A DNA stretch of 64,000 nt from Cenococcum geophilum (lineage: Eukaryota). Position numbers and translations under genes: made by a program. Each line of letters opens with the position of its first letter. Position 1 is the first letter of the stretch. The notes under the pieces were generated by a model that was not told the DNA's origin, made no database searches, and saw nothing but the letters and a program-made list of their open reading frames with translations. Shown here piece after piece: positions 1-12,724 of the stretch. Location: NCBI GenBank assembly GCA_050273025.1, contig CP158636.1, positions 11,284,001 through 11,348,000 on the forward strand, written 5' to 3'.

Positions 1-1483
1 ATACGGCTTAGGAGCCTTCTATAGCCTCTAGTTTTACGCCTCTCTTTATTATTTCCGCCGGCGCGGGCATAAGCTACTATTTTTAGGGGTCGCAACTCCT
101 GTTTTACGCGCCTACTAACGTAGTCCTATAAGGGCGTTATAGCTGCATCCTATAATATAATTAGGTATACCTTCTATGGTTAAGGTCCAGCCAAAGCCCC
201 TTCCGCCTAAGTAACTCCTATTTACTCTATAAGTATATCTTACCAGTATACCGTCCTAGCGAACGGTTCCGTCTGTTAATATACCAATACGCGCCTCCGT
301 TCTCTTAAGCTACGTAGTAGTTTCTCCGGCTAGGACGTAATTCTACCTACCTACTAGGTGCACTAGGGGTTAGGGCCTAGTTAAGGGGTAAGGTCCCTAG
401 AGCTAGTAGTAACTACTACGTACTACGCTTTATAGGAGGCTAGTAGTAATATAGGGGCGCAACACCCTATATACTACCAGTTCTGTTTCGCGTTACCTAT
501 AAGAGTCTCCTTATAATAGGCCGACCGTGTCTTATAGGAGAGGGGCTATAAAGATACTAGGTCCCACACCGGACGACCTGCTTCCCCCTCTCCTACTAAC
601 TAAGCTTATATCCCCCCTTTTTATTAGCTGGCCTATATCTCTAACTATTAAGTCCTCGTCTAACTAGCCTATATTTCCCCTATAGCCTCTCCCATATATA
701 TATGCATTAGGTTATATATACCACGCCTATTAAGACCCTCCTATAAGTTACCTTTTAATGCTATAGGGCTGTTAAAGCTGGCCTGTATTTCCGCTGCCTA
801 GAGCTTTACCCGTATTTCTACCTCGTTAAGCCGTCTGGTTGCCGTCGCGTTGCCATTACATTACTATCGCGTCACCGTTACATCGTTATTAACCAGGTTG
901 CGCGTACTACGCCTATTAAGACCCTCTTTTAAGTCGCTTAGGTGTACTGGATACCAGATAGGCCCTTAAAGGGGCCTTAACAAGTTCTTTACGGTGGCCT
1001 TAGGGCCTTAATAAGTTTCGTATAATTCTATAACGCGTTAACCTTAACAAGTTCTTATAAGCAGAGGTTCCCTACGCCCTCGCCGCGTTCCTTTGCGGTC
1101 TTAGAGCTAGTGTAAGCCCAAGGGTGTCCTGTTATACGTCTAGGTCGCGTTTACGTTAACTAGCTAAATAAGGCTAGTTTTGGGCCTGGCTATGAGCCAG
1201 GTAGTTGTATATTGGGTGGTTTTCGTATCCCAGTTTCCCTTAATAGCCCCCCTAGATAGTAGAGCAGGAACTTTAGGCGGAGGCAGTAGGACTCCTGGTG
1301 TTGTTAAGGGCGATGCTTCGTACGCGTCGCAGGCTTAACACCACAGAACCGCGACGACAGCGCGCTGCACGCGCTGCGACGGCTCCCTACCATCGCCTCT
1401 GCACTTGGCCATCAAAAGAAACGATTTTCTAATAATGTTTCCACCCGCGGCGACGTAGACGCGTATAGTAGGGCTTCGCGGGC
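1..1483 (-). mobile_element. 5' part of a non-LTR retroelement (LINE-like; 3' end outside window) inserted in Gypsy-C copy 1
   Basis: GC-richer block ending abruptly at 1483, where Gypsy-C sequence (aggtttaaactt..., cf. ~18588) begins. The minus-strand end is an HDV-like ribozyme fold. A RIP-degraded minus-strand frame (~480-940; LSDLKEGLNRRS...RRLNEVEIRVKL...EGLNRRG) follows. No domain recognised and the TSD cannot be checked. Confidence 0.6.
1399..1483 (-). ncRNA. HDV-like self-cleaving ribozyme at the element 5' end
   Basis: Minus strand reads P1 GCCCGCG, J1/2 AAGCCCUA, P2 CUAUAC (RIP of CUGCAC), P3 GCG, L3 UCUACGU, P3' CGC, P1' CGCGGGU (G1-U wobble), GG, P4 CAUUA..AGAAA AUCG UUUCU..UGAUG, J4/2 GCCAA (catalytic C at 1408), P2' GUGCAG. 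Confidence 0.85.
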
Positions 1484-2527
1484 AGGTTTAAACTTAAAAG
1501 TAAAGATAAGCTAAGAGTTAACCTAAAGCACCTAGCGTATTATATATTGGCATAGATTATATATATAGATAAGATATATAATATGCACAAAAATCTAAAA
1601 GAAAAGAATTAAAAGTACCCTATAAGGATATATTAGGCGCTAAATAAGTAATAGTATTTAGTAGAAGTTTAGGGGTTAGGAGACTTAATACTTTAACTAA
1701 AAAAATTCCTTACGGAAGAATGCTTAAATAAATAATAGTAGTGGGAATGCCTAGAGAATATATATCTATAGTATATTAAGAATAAAAAGCGAACTAGGTA
1801 TTAGCTAAAGAGTAAGCTAAGTATATAAGGATTAAGCAGCTAATAGTTAGGAAAAGTAAAGACCTATAGGACTAAAGAGAGCTAGTAGTAAAGCCTTAAA
1901 CCCTTAAAGGAATTTAAGAACGGTACTTAAATTTATAAGTTAATTGGCAAGATTAATAGTTTAAAGCATTAATAGATAGTGGAGTAATAAGAAACTATAT
2001 TTTATTAGTAGTAGTAAAAAAAAATAGGACTACCTTATAGATAGAAGGAGTACCCTTATTTATTAGTTATAATTTTAGGAGATCTAATAGCCTATAGAGG
2101 AGGTATTATTAACCTTAAAATAGGACCTATTTAGATAACTATTAAAGGAAAACGAATTAAAATATCTTTTAATATCCTACTATTAGGACGGGATAAGGCA
2201 GTATTAGGTATACCTTAGTTATAGGAATATAATCTAAGGATTAATTAGATTATAGGTTAGGTTAATATAAGAGATTCTTAATAATATAAGAGGTGTATAG
2301 CAACTAAGATGGTATAGTATTAAGTTAGAGCGATATATAAGGAAACTAAGAAAGGGTTATCCTATATACTAAAGAGATACTATAAGTATAGTAAAAAGCT
2401 ATAGAGCCTAGAGAGAAAAAGCTGTTAAAGTTATCTCCCCCTTTACTCCTCCGTTGTTGTTGCTATGGCGCCGCTAGCTATATAGCTCCTAAGGACACGT
2501 TACCGGACGTTAAATACCAGACATATT

Positions 2528-2905
2528 ACAACCTCTACTACAGCCTATCTACAGCTATCGCGCTATAGACGACCTCTATAACCTGTCTACAGCCATTACG
2601 CTATAGACGACCTCCATAACCTATCTATAGCCATTACGCTGCAGACGACCTCCACCATTACCTGTCTATAGCCATCGCGCTACAGATAACCTCTGCTATA
2701 ACCTATCTACAGCCATCGCGCTATAGACAACCTCTACTACAACCTGTCTATAGCTATCGCGCTATAGACGACCTCTATAACCTCTCTATAGCTATTACGC
2801 TACAGACGACCTCCACTATCTATTTACAGTTGTTACGCTATAGACGACCTCTACTACAACCTATCTGTAGCCATTACGCTATAGATAACCTCTACCATAA
2901 CCGCT
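2528..2905 (+). repeat. Tandem array of ~9 units of 38/41 bp, each with an internal inverted repeat
   Basis: Unit gccatcgcgctRcagacgacctcYac(yac)aacctgtctaca; de-RIPed stem GCTGCAGAC...GTCTGCAGC. Confidence 0.9.
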
Positions 2906-3507
2906 ACCACTACCGCTATAATATACTATATAACACCGCACTATAGGTGTACCGTAGATGCGCAGATAGGGTAGCTATAGTAGGGGAAGGAGGCCGGCCT
3001 ATATTACTTTAGCACGTAAAATATAAGGTGTATAGGGGAATTGGTATTTATACCCCATATAAGATAATCTTGTAAAAAAAAAATCCTTCTAGGGTGGGTT
3101 TATATAGCAAGATTCGCCCTTATAAAATACCCGTTTTCTAGAATATAAATCTAGAATTAGTAGGTTACTTTTAAGGAGAGTACCTACTAATTATAAATTC
3201 CCTACCTATTTCTTTGGTAAGGGGGAGGAACAAGGTATAGGAAAAAAAGTCGTATAGAAATAACTGTTAGTTGTCTCTAAGCTGGCAAACTATCTAGGGC
3301 CCTTTATTTTTATATACAAAAATGTTACTAAATCTATCTTTTAGAGCGCTTTTTCTACTTTAGGAATAGTAGAATATAGTAGAAATAGATAAAAGAGCTA
3401 GGATTTCTTTATTTCCTTAATGCAAACTAAATATTAGAGAGCAAAATACTAGGATAAAACTCCCCTAGTACTTAAAACCGGGCTAGAGTGTTTACTTAGT
3501 TACTAGT

Positions 3508-3897
3508 TATTACAGAGTAAGTATAAGCGGCAATAATATATAGCAAGGTAGATATTATTAAGCTATATATATAAACTGTATAAGGAGGTTAAGACGTTAC
3601 GTAAGGAAAGAAGGTAGGAAAATGGGAAGAAAGGGTATATATTATGGACTTAATTGCTTAATTAATACGTGCACAGAATAGAATAGGATTTAGGTAGTAG
3701 TCTTAGCAGAACTTAATAAGATTTAATAAAACTTAGTAAAATTTATTAGAACTTAGTGGAATATATTAAAATATAGTAGATTACCGTTAGATTGCCGCAG
3801 ATTGCTATTAGATTACTATCTTATAGTCGGTTTTTAGTTACTAAGTTAATAGAAATAGGTAGACGTGTATAAGGTATTATAGGAGTGTCCTATAATA
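3508..3897 (-). repeat. Gypsy-B 3' LTR (~390 bp)
   Basis: tattaca...tataata (RIPed TGTTACA...TGTAACA); matches the split LTR at 12670-12724 + 50489-50823. Confidence 0.9.
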
Positions 3898-5066
3898 GTA
3901 CCCCTCCTTTAAACTCGAGCTTCTATAAGATAGGGCTGTAGTAGTTTTAGGTAGAGTTTATAAAAGTCTTCTATAGCTTATATAAGTCCTATAGAGTTAA
4001 CAGGTTCTTATAAGTGCTTAATAAAGCCTTTCTATTTCGTAAGATATATATACTAGCGTTTCTATTTATTATACTTAATATTATTAATTCTTTTAATAAA
4101 GTACTTATTCTTGCTATCTACTTTAACTAGTAGGGGAGGGTCTTATATTTATATAGATAGGGTGTTTAATATAGGGGTAATAGGGTAGAGGACTAACGTA
4201 TAGAATATAGGGTGGATTTTAACCGTATTAGAGAGCTTTAGTTAGTAAGTATAGGAGGAAATAACCTTCTTAACCTTGTAAGGGCTAGCGTTCTTCTAAT
4301 TAAGCTTCTTAGTAGGTTATTTTATATTTAGATTTCTTATATTTAGCTAGATAAAGTTACTAGTTTAATAGGCCGGTGTTAGGGTTTATTTCTTATTCGC
4401 TGCGGCCTTATAGATAGATTACGCCTATATTATTTTGTTAGTAAGGAACTGTTATAGTTTCTTAATTTTCTTTATATATTTATTTACTTTTATAATTTAT
4501 AAGGCGTAATAAATAGGGTAAGGAATATTACTAAAGGGTTTAAAACCTATTTATAGATACTAGCTATAGTTTCTAAGATAGAATTATTTATAATAAACTT
4601 AGTAAATATAAGCTAGTTAATCTAGTTATCTTATAAGTACGATATATATATCCGAATATACTATTCTATTAGCATTTATACATTCTATTTAGCTATCTAT
4701 TTTTAAGTAGTATGCTATAAATAATAGTACTTTAATACGGAGTTAGGTAGTTAGTTTTTTCTAAAATATAGAAATAAACTAGCTGCCTTTATTAGAGATA
4801 ATCGTTTTAGGAAGTCTATAAAGTTTTTATATATAATCTAGAAATAGCTAGGCGATAATAGGTATTAATATATTAGGGTAGGCAATTAAGTGTCTTATCT
4901 TAGATAGTTAATCTATAACTACTATAATATTTATATAGCCCTTACTTATAGGGAGGTTAATAATAAAGTTAATTAAAAGATCTTTCTATCTTTGGTTTAA
5001 AATAGGTAGTGGCTTTAAAAGGCTGTTATATGTTTTATATAAAGCTTTAGCTTATCAGCAGATATA

Positions 5067-6397
5067 TAGTGGGGTGTTAAAAATGTCTATGCCCAGGCCA
5101 CACTAAATGTAACACCCCCTACTAAATTACTATGCAGTAACTACAAGATTAATTCTAGAGCTTTAAAATATTTATAAGGCTCATCGCCATATAGAATCTA
5201 GCTATCGCGACTTTTTTTAGAGTCTAAAATCTTGTGTGCCACCCGTCGGCGTCCTTAACAGCCATACACCTCTCGTGTATACTTACGATTAACGACTTAA
5301 AGAAACTAGGTGCAATTTCGCTCTAACAAATCGCTACAGCTCTAGATAGCTCCTTAACAACCTCTTCCTTTAACCTGTGTATTTAAGTAATATATAGAAA
5401 CCTTTTATGGAGCCGTTCTTTAAGTTATACCTAAGTGTGCTTAATTGGGTTTAAATCGGGCGAGTGGAGGGGCTAATTAATTACTTCTATAACGTTTTCC
5501 TTAAACCATTTAGCTACAATTTTTACTGTATATATTAGAGCGTTATTTTATATAAATTGGAGGCTTAGCTTGTAGATTTAGGGTATTTAATCCTCCAAAA
5601 CTTTGATATATGACTTGGTAGAATACCCCCCCTTAGGTGCCTCCTTGTCCCTTTCTATAACTACTAAATTAGAGGCTCCAAGAGCTCCAGAAAAGCTTAC
5701 CTATACTATTATAGTATACCCCTTATCCTTTTTATATGTATTAATCTTATCTTTATCCCACTTCTGCTGTAGTGTATAAAAGATATAAGCAGGTCGCTTG
5801 CCTGCGCTTCTCTTAACTAAACACTCGTCGCTCTATATAATCTTACTCCACCTTAAGCGCTCCCACGCTAAGTGTTTAATTACCTACCTTAGTTGAGCGC
5901 TTGCTGAGTCGTGTATAAGCATAAAATACTTCTTAGCTATCTATTTTTTAATGTGGTATTTGCGTAATATTTAATGTAATGTGCTCTAGCTTACAGGAAC
6001 GCTAGCCTTAAACGCTAGCTTACTATACATAATCCTAGGATTTATATAAATAATCCTTAAGAGCGTATGTTTGTCTTACTCTAAATACTCTAGAGGACGT
6101 CTAATTTAAGCAATGGATAAGCCTTGTGGACGTTAGGGTGCATTTCGTAGGGTGTTTTGTACGGTTAATTTAGGGAGGTTTAATGCGATCGCGATTTAAG
6201 GGGCTGTAACTCCTGTAAGACCGTAACTAATAATTACTCCTCTATTGTATGGAGTCAACTCCTTACGATAAGGAATATTACCGCTAATTAGAGCTAACGC
6301 ACAACGTAATATGGGTGTATAATAGGGTAGAAAAAGTAAGGGGGAGGGTTATAAAAAAATTTGGTAGGGGAGTACGGACACTTATAATACCCCACTG
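5067..6397 (-). mobile_element. Tc1/impala-like DNA transposon (1331 bp)
   Basis: TIRs (c/t)agtggggtgtt... and ...ataccccactg, TA on both flanks (5065-66, 6398-99). CAGTGGGGT termini as in Fusarium impala. Confidence 0.9.
5224..6312 (-). pseudogene. RIP-mutated DD34E Tc1-family transposase
   Basis: N-terminal RKELTPYNRGVII (HTH region), then de-RIPed WSDEC, FMQDNAPIHTAK...WPPHSPDLNPIE with exactly 34 residues between D and E; C-terminus ADGWHTRF*. Confidence 0.9.
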
Positions 6398-7768
6398 TAG
6401 TAGCTAGAGATATACCTTTATGTTATATTATATATATTTAGCTAATTATATTTTTATTAGAGCAGTTTTAGGGTTTTTCCTTAGCCTAGGTAGCTAGCTA
6501 CTAATAAATTGTATATATATTTAAGGAGCTTAAGCTTAAGTCCATTATAGTTAGGTATAACTAGGCGGTTTTAGTAATATAAGCGGTTTCTATAGGCTTT
6601 ATATTTACTTAAAGAAATCTTTTTAAAGCGTCTAGTGCTATCTTTTATTAGCTTAAGCGTCTCTTAGATAAACTTATTATTTAGGTATTTATTAACTATA
6701 ATCTATTTAATTAATTAATTAGTTATTTTAAGGACGTATACTATAAGGTCTTTAGTAGGAGGGTTAAATAGTTTAGAATAAAATAGGGTTTAGTTTTAGT
6801 AAGAGTACGCTTTTTTTAGCACTAGCGCGTTTTACAAATGTTAGGTTAGAGTATTAGGCTTTTAACCTTAAACGCCTAGGTAGTATATAATTAAGAATTA
6901 AAATAGGATAGATATTCTAACTAGTGGGCCTAATAATAGCTTAGCTATTTATTAGTTATAAAGTACTATAGATTCTTATAGTTGCTAAGGACCTTAATTA
7001 AAAATCTAGCACCTTCTAGTTTGGGTTAATATTATTTAAAATATCTAATAATAGCCTATAACTCCTTATTATAAATTTTATAGTTATATTAGGCTAGGCT
7101 TAGTTATTTTAAGTAGTATACTATAGGGTATAATACTTTATCTTTATTATATTAAGATAGAATACCTCTAGTAATATAGTTGGATAAGTTAGCTTCTATA
7201 ATACTTATTTAGTTTAGGTTAAAGTATTAAAGTATAGGCGCGGTAGTAAATATAACCTTTAGATAAGTAAAGGCCTTCTTGCATTTCTTATTAAAGATAA
7301 AAACTTTATTCTTTTAGGTTAAGGCTATAAGGGGTAAAACTAGGGCGGAGAAGTTATTAATAAATTATTAGTAGAAATTAGCAAATTCTATAAAGGCTCT
7401 TATATCCTTAACGTTTTTAGGTTCTTACTAGTTTATAATTACTTCAACTTTCTTTAAGTCTATTTATATACTATTTATAAAAATAAGAAGCCTAAGGTAT
7501 AGGACTTCTATTTTATAAAATTTATATTTATCTATATCTAATTATAAACTAGCTCCTTATAGGGCTTATAAAATAAAATTAACGTATTTCTAGTGTTTAG
7601 TTAGGTTATTACTATATATTAGGATATTATTAATATAAGCGGTATAGAACATATCTAGGTAAGAACGTAAGGTATTATTTATATAATGTTAAAATAAGCT
7701 TAGAGCGTTTATAAGGCTAAAGGGTATTACTAAGTACTTAAATAATTTATATTGGGTATAAAATACTA

Positions 7769-7909
7769 TCCCTTCGCACGTTGGTTTGCGTCCTACGGTA
7801 TCGATAAGGGCATAGCCAGTAAGAGGCGCGCGTTGTGCGCCCGTGTGTACGGCTAGGCACAATGTTCCTAGGCTTGGCGCCAAGTGTAGGACTCCAACGT
7901 GCGAAGGGA
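7769..7909. mobile_element. 141-bp MITE in the Gypsy-B RT
   Basis: Perfect 16-bp TIR tcccttcgcacgttgg / ccaacgtgcgaaggga, subterminal gtcctac/gtaggac, GC-rich and little affected by RIP. Confidence 0.9.
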
Positions 7910-8402
7910 TAAGCTATTTATCTCCTTTTATAATACGGAGGCGGTTAAATATAGAGATAATATTAAGCTTTATATAAAAGTAAGCCTTACTTAATTAGTT
8001 TAGCATCTCTTATATTAGCGGGATTAGATATTAGTTTTTAATAGTAATAGTATTAAGAGCTTAGTAGTCTATATAGAAGCGTAGTCTACTACTTAGTTTT
8101 TTAATAAAGATTACTAATACGGCTATAGGTAAAGAGCTTACTCTAATAAATCCTTTGCTTAGGTTTTTATTTAAGTACTTTTATAGTACTTAGAGTTTAT
8201 TTTAAAATATCCTATATAGGGGTCTAAATCTAGGCTACTTCCCTTCTTTAAGTATAATCTTATAATTATATAGTCGGTATTCTAATAGCTTATTAGCTTC
8301 CTTTTATAAAAATACTTCTAGGCGGTTATAATACTCTACTAGTACCTTTATAGTAGGGTTAGTATACTTCTTTAGTACTAAGGCCTTCTTAATATTAGCT
8401 AT

Positions 8403-10508
8403 TTTTTTAATATTTAAATCCGTTGTATTATACTACCTATAATACTGCGTATGCAGCCTCTAGGCTATAGCTCTATAGTTCTATATATATAAATCCTTTC
8501 TAGGCAGCTTAATATATATTAGTAGCTATATCTTAGTAGTTTATAAACCCCTAAGAGTTTATAGCTCCTTAGTAAAATACTAAGGTATTACAACTACTAG
8601 GGAATGAGAAAACGGTAGGAAAAACTATAGGAAAACCTAACACCTATCCCTGTCCTTTTTTAATTTATTTTTATCCTTTTGCTCTCTAATATCTTTTTAC
8701 TAAGAGCCTAGTAGGAGTTACCTCCTTCTAGAATCCTATTTGTTTTATCTTCTTTTTCATAGAACCTTCTAAGCTAGTACTACCTACTAGCTTAGCTGCT
8801 TTTAGAACCTCGCAGTCTTTACTATTTATAAAGTGGTTTTCTTTACAGTTAATATAAAGGGGGGTAGTATATCTATAGGGCTTACCTATTATTATATAGG
8901 TAGAACAGGAGTGGTCTTTAGATAAATATATAGCCGCACAAAATCTACAGGCTCTAGTAGAGCATCTATCTCCTATATGGCCAAATTTTTGGCAGCTGGT
9001 GCACTGTGTAGTAGGAGAGACTTCGAGGTATTTTACTACCTTAGTAGCTACACCTGCAATTAATATCTCTTTTTACTTAAGGGTTTCTTGTCTTTTTTCT
9101 TCATTCTCTATAGTAAAAACTATAGAGCCAAATCTAGTTTATAGATTATAACTTTTTTCGCTAGATAAGATCTATCTAGGTAGCCCTTATATCCTTATAA
9201 GATTAAAGGTCTTAATTTCTTCCTTTAGAAGCTTAGAGCCTCCTTCTTCTAGGAAAGGTAGAGTAGGAACCCTATGGGCTATAATTTAAACCCATAGTTC
9301 TAGTTTTTATTCTCTTTAAAATGTAAAGCAGTTATACTAGATCTCCTTATATTTAACTAGGAAATCTACATTATACTTTTCTATAGTTATAAGGAGAATA
9401 TTTTATTTTCCTTTAGTTTTAGCTATGGACGCTAGTACTGGCTTTTTTACTTGCAGTTTTGATGTAAATAGTTAATTGACTTTGTTTTGTATAGAGAATG
9501 TATCTAGAAATTAGTCCTTTTGTCTATAATTAGGACCAGCTTCCTTTCTTATAGCTGCTTTTTCTTACTTTTAGTAGAAGTAGAGGGGGTAGGAGACGGT
9601 AGTGACAAGGGTAGGGAGGACGAAGTAGGGAGGCCCTTCTTTAGCCTCTCTGTGTAGGTTTCTTTAGTAGGGGCTACCTCCTTACGTAGAGCTCTTACTT
9701 CTTCGACTAGTCCTTTTAGGACATCTTTTTCTATTTCTTCTTTTGTAAAGGGATCTTCTCCTACTAAGATACTCTATATATAGTTCCCTATCTTTCTAAC
9801 TTATTCTTTTTCTTTTTCTTCTTCTTCTTCTTTTAGCCCTTTATAGGCCTGGAGTAGGCTTTCTAGAGCCTTTTGTAGGTGTTGTTCTGGAGAGAGGGGA
9901 GGAAAAGGTATACTAGGTATCCTATCCATAGTAGTTATTAGTTTTATTATCTTTTTTACAGGTTTTTGGTTTTCTTTTTTAAGAGAAGACTGAGGATGCC
10001 CTCTTTTTTCTCCTATCCTAAATAGGCTAGAAGAGAGAGAAGGGAGAGAAAAAGTAGATGTAGACTTTTTATCACTTATTTCTATAGGAGGTTTTTTTTT
10101 AAAACCTATTAGGCCTTAGCATTTTGTATCTTATAGGGGGGTCCCCTAGTTTTTACTATCCTTATACCCTTTCTCCTTAATAATCCTACTAGAAGATTTC
10201 TAGGGGGATTAGGCTAATAGGTAGTAGAAAAACTAGCTCCTATTTTGTAGCTTTAGTATTAGTAGTAGTAGTAGTAGTTTTGGTGTTCCTGTCCGTGCCT
10301 CGCTTATAAGCTAGGACTACCCCTAGGAAGAATTTTCTGTTGGGGAAAAGGGGGTAAAATAACAAATAAATCCACCTCTAGCTCGCTAGGCAGTAGGAAT
10401 TAGGTTTTAAAAGTTGGAACATCGATTGTTTTTGATGGTAAGATGAGTATACGTAAGTCTTGGAGTGTGGCGCCACCTTTTAGTAAGGTTGCATGTGCGG
10501 TAAAGGGT
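8403..10508 (-). mobile_element. ORF1-only non-LTR retroposon, copy 1 (~2.1 kb)
   Basis: TSD taatattagctat (8390-8402 / 10509-10521), T-rich tail at left, colinear with 34457-36559. Confidence 0.9.
8745..10122 (-). pseudogene. LINE ORF1/gag-like protein with C-terminal CCHC zinc knuckles (RIP stops)
   Basis: QCTSCQKFGHIGDRC..ACRFCAA..CKENHF; homologous to 34803-36185. 3' end approximate. Confidence 0.8.
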
Positions 10509-12724
10509 TAATATTAGCTATAATAATAGCAAAGATTATATATTTAGGTTTTTTAGCAAGTTATACTAATAGAGTATCTTTAATTATACGGATATTTAGG
10601 GTGCTAAGCTTACTTAGATCGTCTATCGTTTCTTATTTAGGGTTAGGGTTAGTATTAGGTATAAAATTAGTATTAGGTTCTTTAAGTATTCTTTTTATTA
10701 TAGGGTACTAGTTTCTCTAGTAGTTTTATATACTAAGCTTAAACTTTTACTTAGTTTAGGGCAGTGCGGTACTTAGTAATAACTTATAAAATTTAGTAGA
10801 ATTTTCGGATCTTTAGTAGATATTAGTGGAATTCTTATATTAGTAGAATTTAGTAGAATTCCTATGCTAGTGGAATTTAGTAGATTCCTTAGGCGTAAAG
10901 TAGATATTAATAGAAATCTTAGGCTAGTAGATCTTAGTAAGTTTCCTAAATTTTAGTTTAGGGTTAGAGTAGTATATTATAAAGTATTCTTACTTATAAC
11001 GTAGGGTAGTAAATAGAAGCTTAAGGTTATTCTAATTAATAGTTACTTTATATAGCTTTATTTAGGGTTATTTAAGAATTACTAAGTAACCTAGGGTAGT
11101 AATAAAAAGCCTAATTAGTTCTTTATGGTTTAGGTATTAAAGTCTTATATATACTATATAGGTAATTTAGCCTAAAACTATATGTTTATTATTAAATCTA
11201 AATATATTAATATGCCGCTTAAAGGGGGTTAAGGTAAAACTATTATCTTATATAAAGATCTTATTAATAAATCCTGTACTATTGGCTCCTATATTAATTA
11301 GGACTTAAATATTAGCCTATTAATTATTTTACTAAAGACGGTAGTTAACCGTTATACTATAATCCTAAGAGTTAAAGTTTATAATATCTAAAGTATTTAA
11401 TAAGATCCTAAGGCGGAGCTATTTTAGAGAGCGACTTAACTTTAAAATATACATTTTAGTAGTAAGCGGAAAGGGGTTCCTATAGGATATTAGTTATAGC
11501 TTCGCCCTTATAAGTAGTACTTACTAAATATAGGGCTAAAACTAGGTAAAGATTAGAGATGGTAACTAGAAGATTAATATAGTAAATAGTTACTAGTATA
11601 AGCCATTTATAAATTATATTTAGGTATAGAAACGGAGTAATAGTTAAAGAGGTAGAAGTTACTTCTATATTTAAAGTAGAGGCCTAGCTTAATATATTAT
11701 TCTTATTTAAAGGACCCTAGTAAGGCGTATTCTAGGGTCTTAGTGTTAATATCTATAGCGGTAGGGTGCTTAAGCTAAGATAACTTAGTAGACGTTCATA
11801 GGGCTATTATATTATATTAAGGAGCGTGTTTTAGTATTAGGCATAGTATATTATTATACTATTTATTAATAACGTTTATATAGGTATTAAGGGCTTCTAG
11901 TAGGTCTACGCCTATTAGGGAGGTTTTTAGTTTAAGGCTTAGGGATTTAATAATGCTATTAACTAGTACAGAGTTATTTTAGCTAGATTTCTTTATATAA
12001 CGGTTAAATTTGGAAAAGTATATTAGGAAATTTTTTATTCCTTAGGCTATATAGTTTATTTTCCTCTAAGTAGTAGCTTAGTGGTTTAGATTACTATATA
12101 TAGCTTTAAGAAGTATAACTAGGCTTTATACTAAGTCTAGCTAAAAAGATTTAATAAGGTTAGCTACCTTTTCTCCTAGTTGGCTTAGGGCGTAATAAAG
12201 TTAGTTAGCTTTAGTTAAGTAGTGGTTAGTATTACTAATTAGCTTATTTTTAAGCTAGCTTAAAAATAATTAGAGCCTTTATTATTTACTAATAAATATT
12301 AAGGGATTTAGTAGTCTTTTATATTATTACAGTACTGTAATTAGCGTAGGGTAAGAGACTACTATAGGTTTAGGGCTTATATTCCGCGTATTTATCTCTA
12401 AAGATAGCGTTTAGTCTTAAGGTCCTAGTGTAGGCATCTTAAGGGTATAGATTTCTTCTTAAAGGTCCTTAATTAATTGCCAGTATTATACTTCTTATTT
12501 AGCTTATTATTAATTTAAAATAGCTTAGTTTTATATAAGGGCGTCTATAAAGGACTTTTATATCTTTAATAATTATTTTTTAAGTATAGATATAATGCTA
12601 GTAGCCGTTATAGGAGTTTTGGATTTGTTTTGCATATTAACGGTAGTATAGGTAGTTAATATAATATAGTATTACAAAGTTAGTATAAGCGGCGATAATA
12701 TATAGCAAGGTAGATATTATTAAG

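Larger units (their letters stand above)
3930..12635 (-). pseudogene. RIP-inactivated gag-pol of Gypsy-B (protease, RT, RNase H, integrase, chromodomain), interrupted by three insertions
   Basis: Candidate ATG at 12635. De-RIPed motifs: protease VLIDTGA (~11281-11304), RT FNRLRI..GDEWLTAF..LFEYLVMPFGLTNAP (~7690-7960), YIDDILIYS (~7615-7640), chromodomain YL.KWKGF..WEP (~4000-4050). Confidence 0.85.

Noticed and set aside
2528..2905. CRISPR-like array of palindromic ~38-bp repeats
   Set aside because: Units are head-to-tail with no unique spacers, there are no cas genes, and the context is eukaryotic.
7689..7883. 64-aa ORF from the track
   Set aside because: Chance fusion of MITE sequence with a RIPed RT fragment.
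10637..10652. TTAGGG telomere-like repeats (also ~365 and ~34696-34710)
   Set aside because: Only 2-3 units, embedded in TE sequence and easily generated by RIP.
10493..10711. Hydrophobic 72-aa ORF (likewise 24735-24974, 45809-46030, 59989-60198)
   Set aside because: Antisense to RIPed TE genes; the I/L/Y/F richness is a by-product of AT bias.
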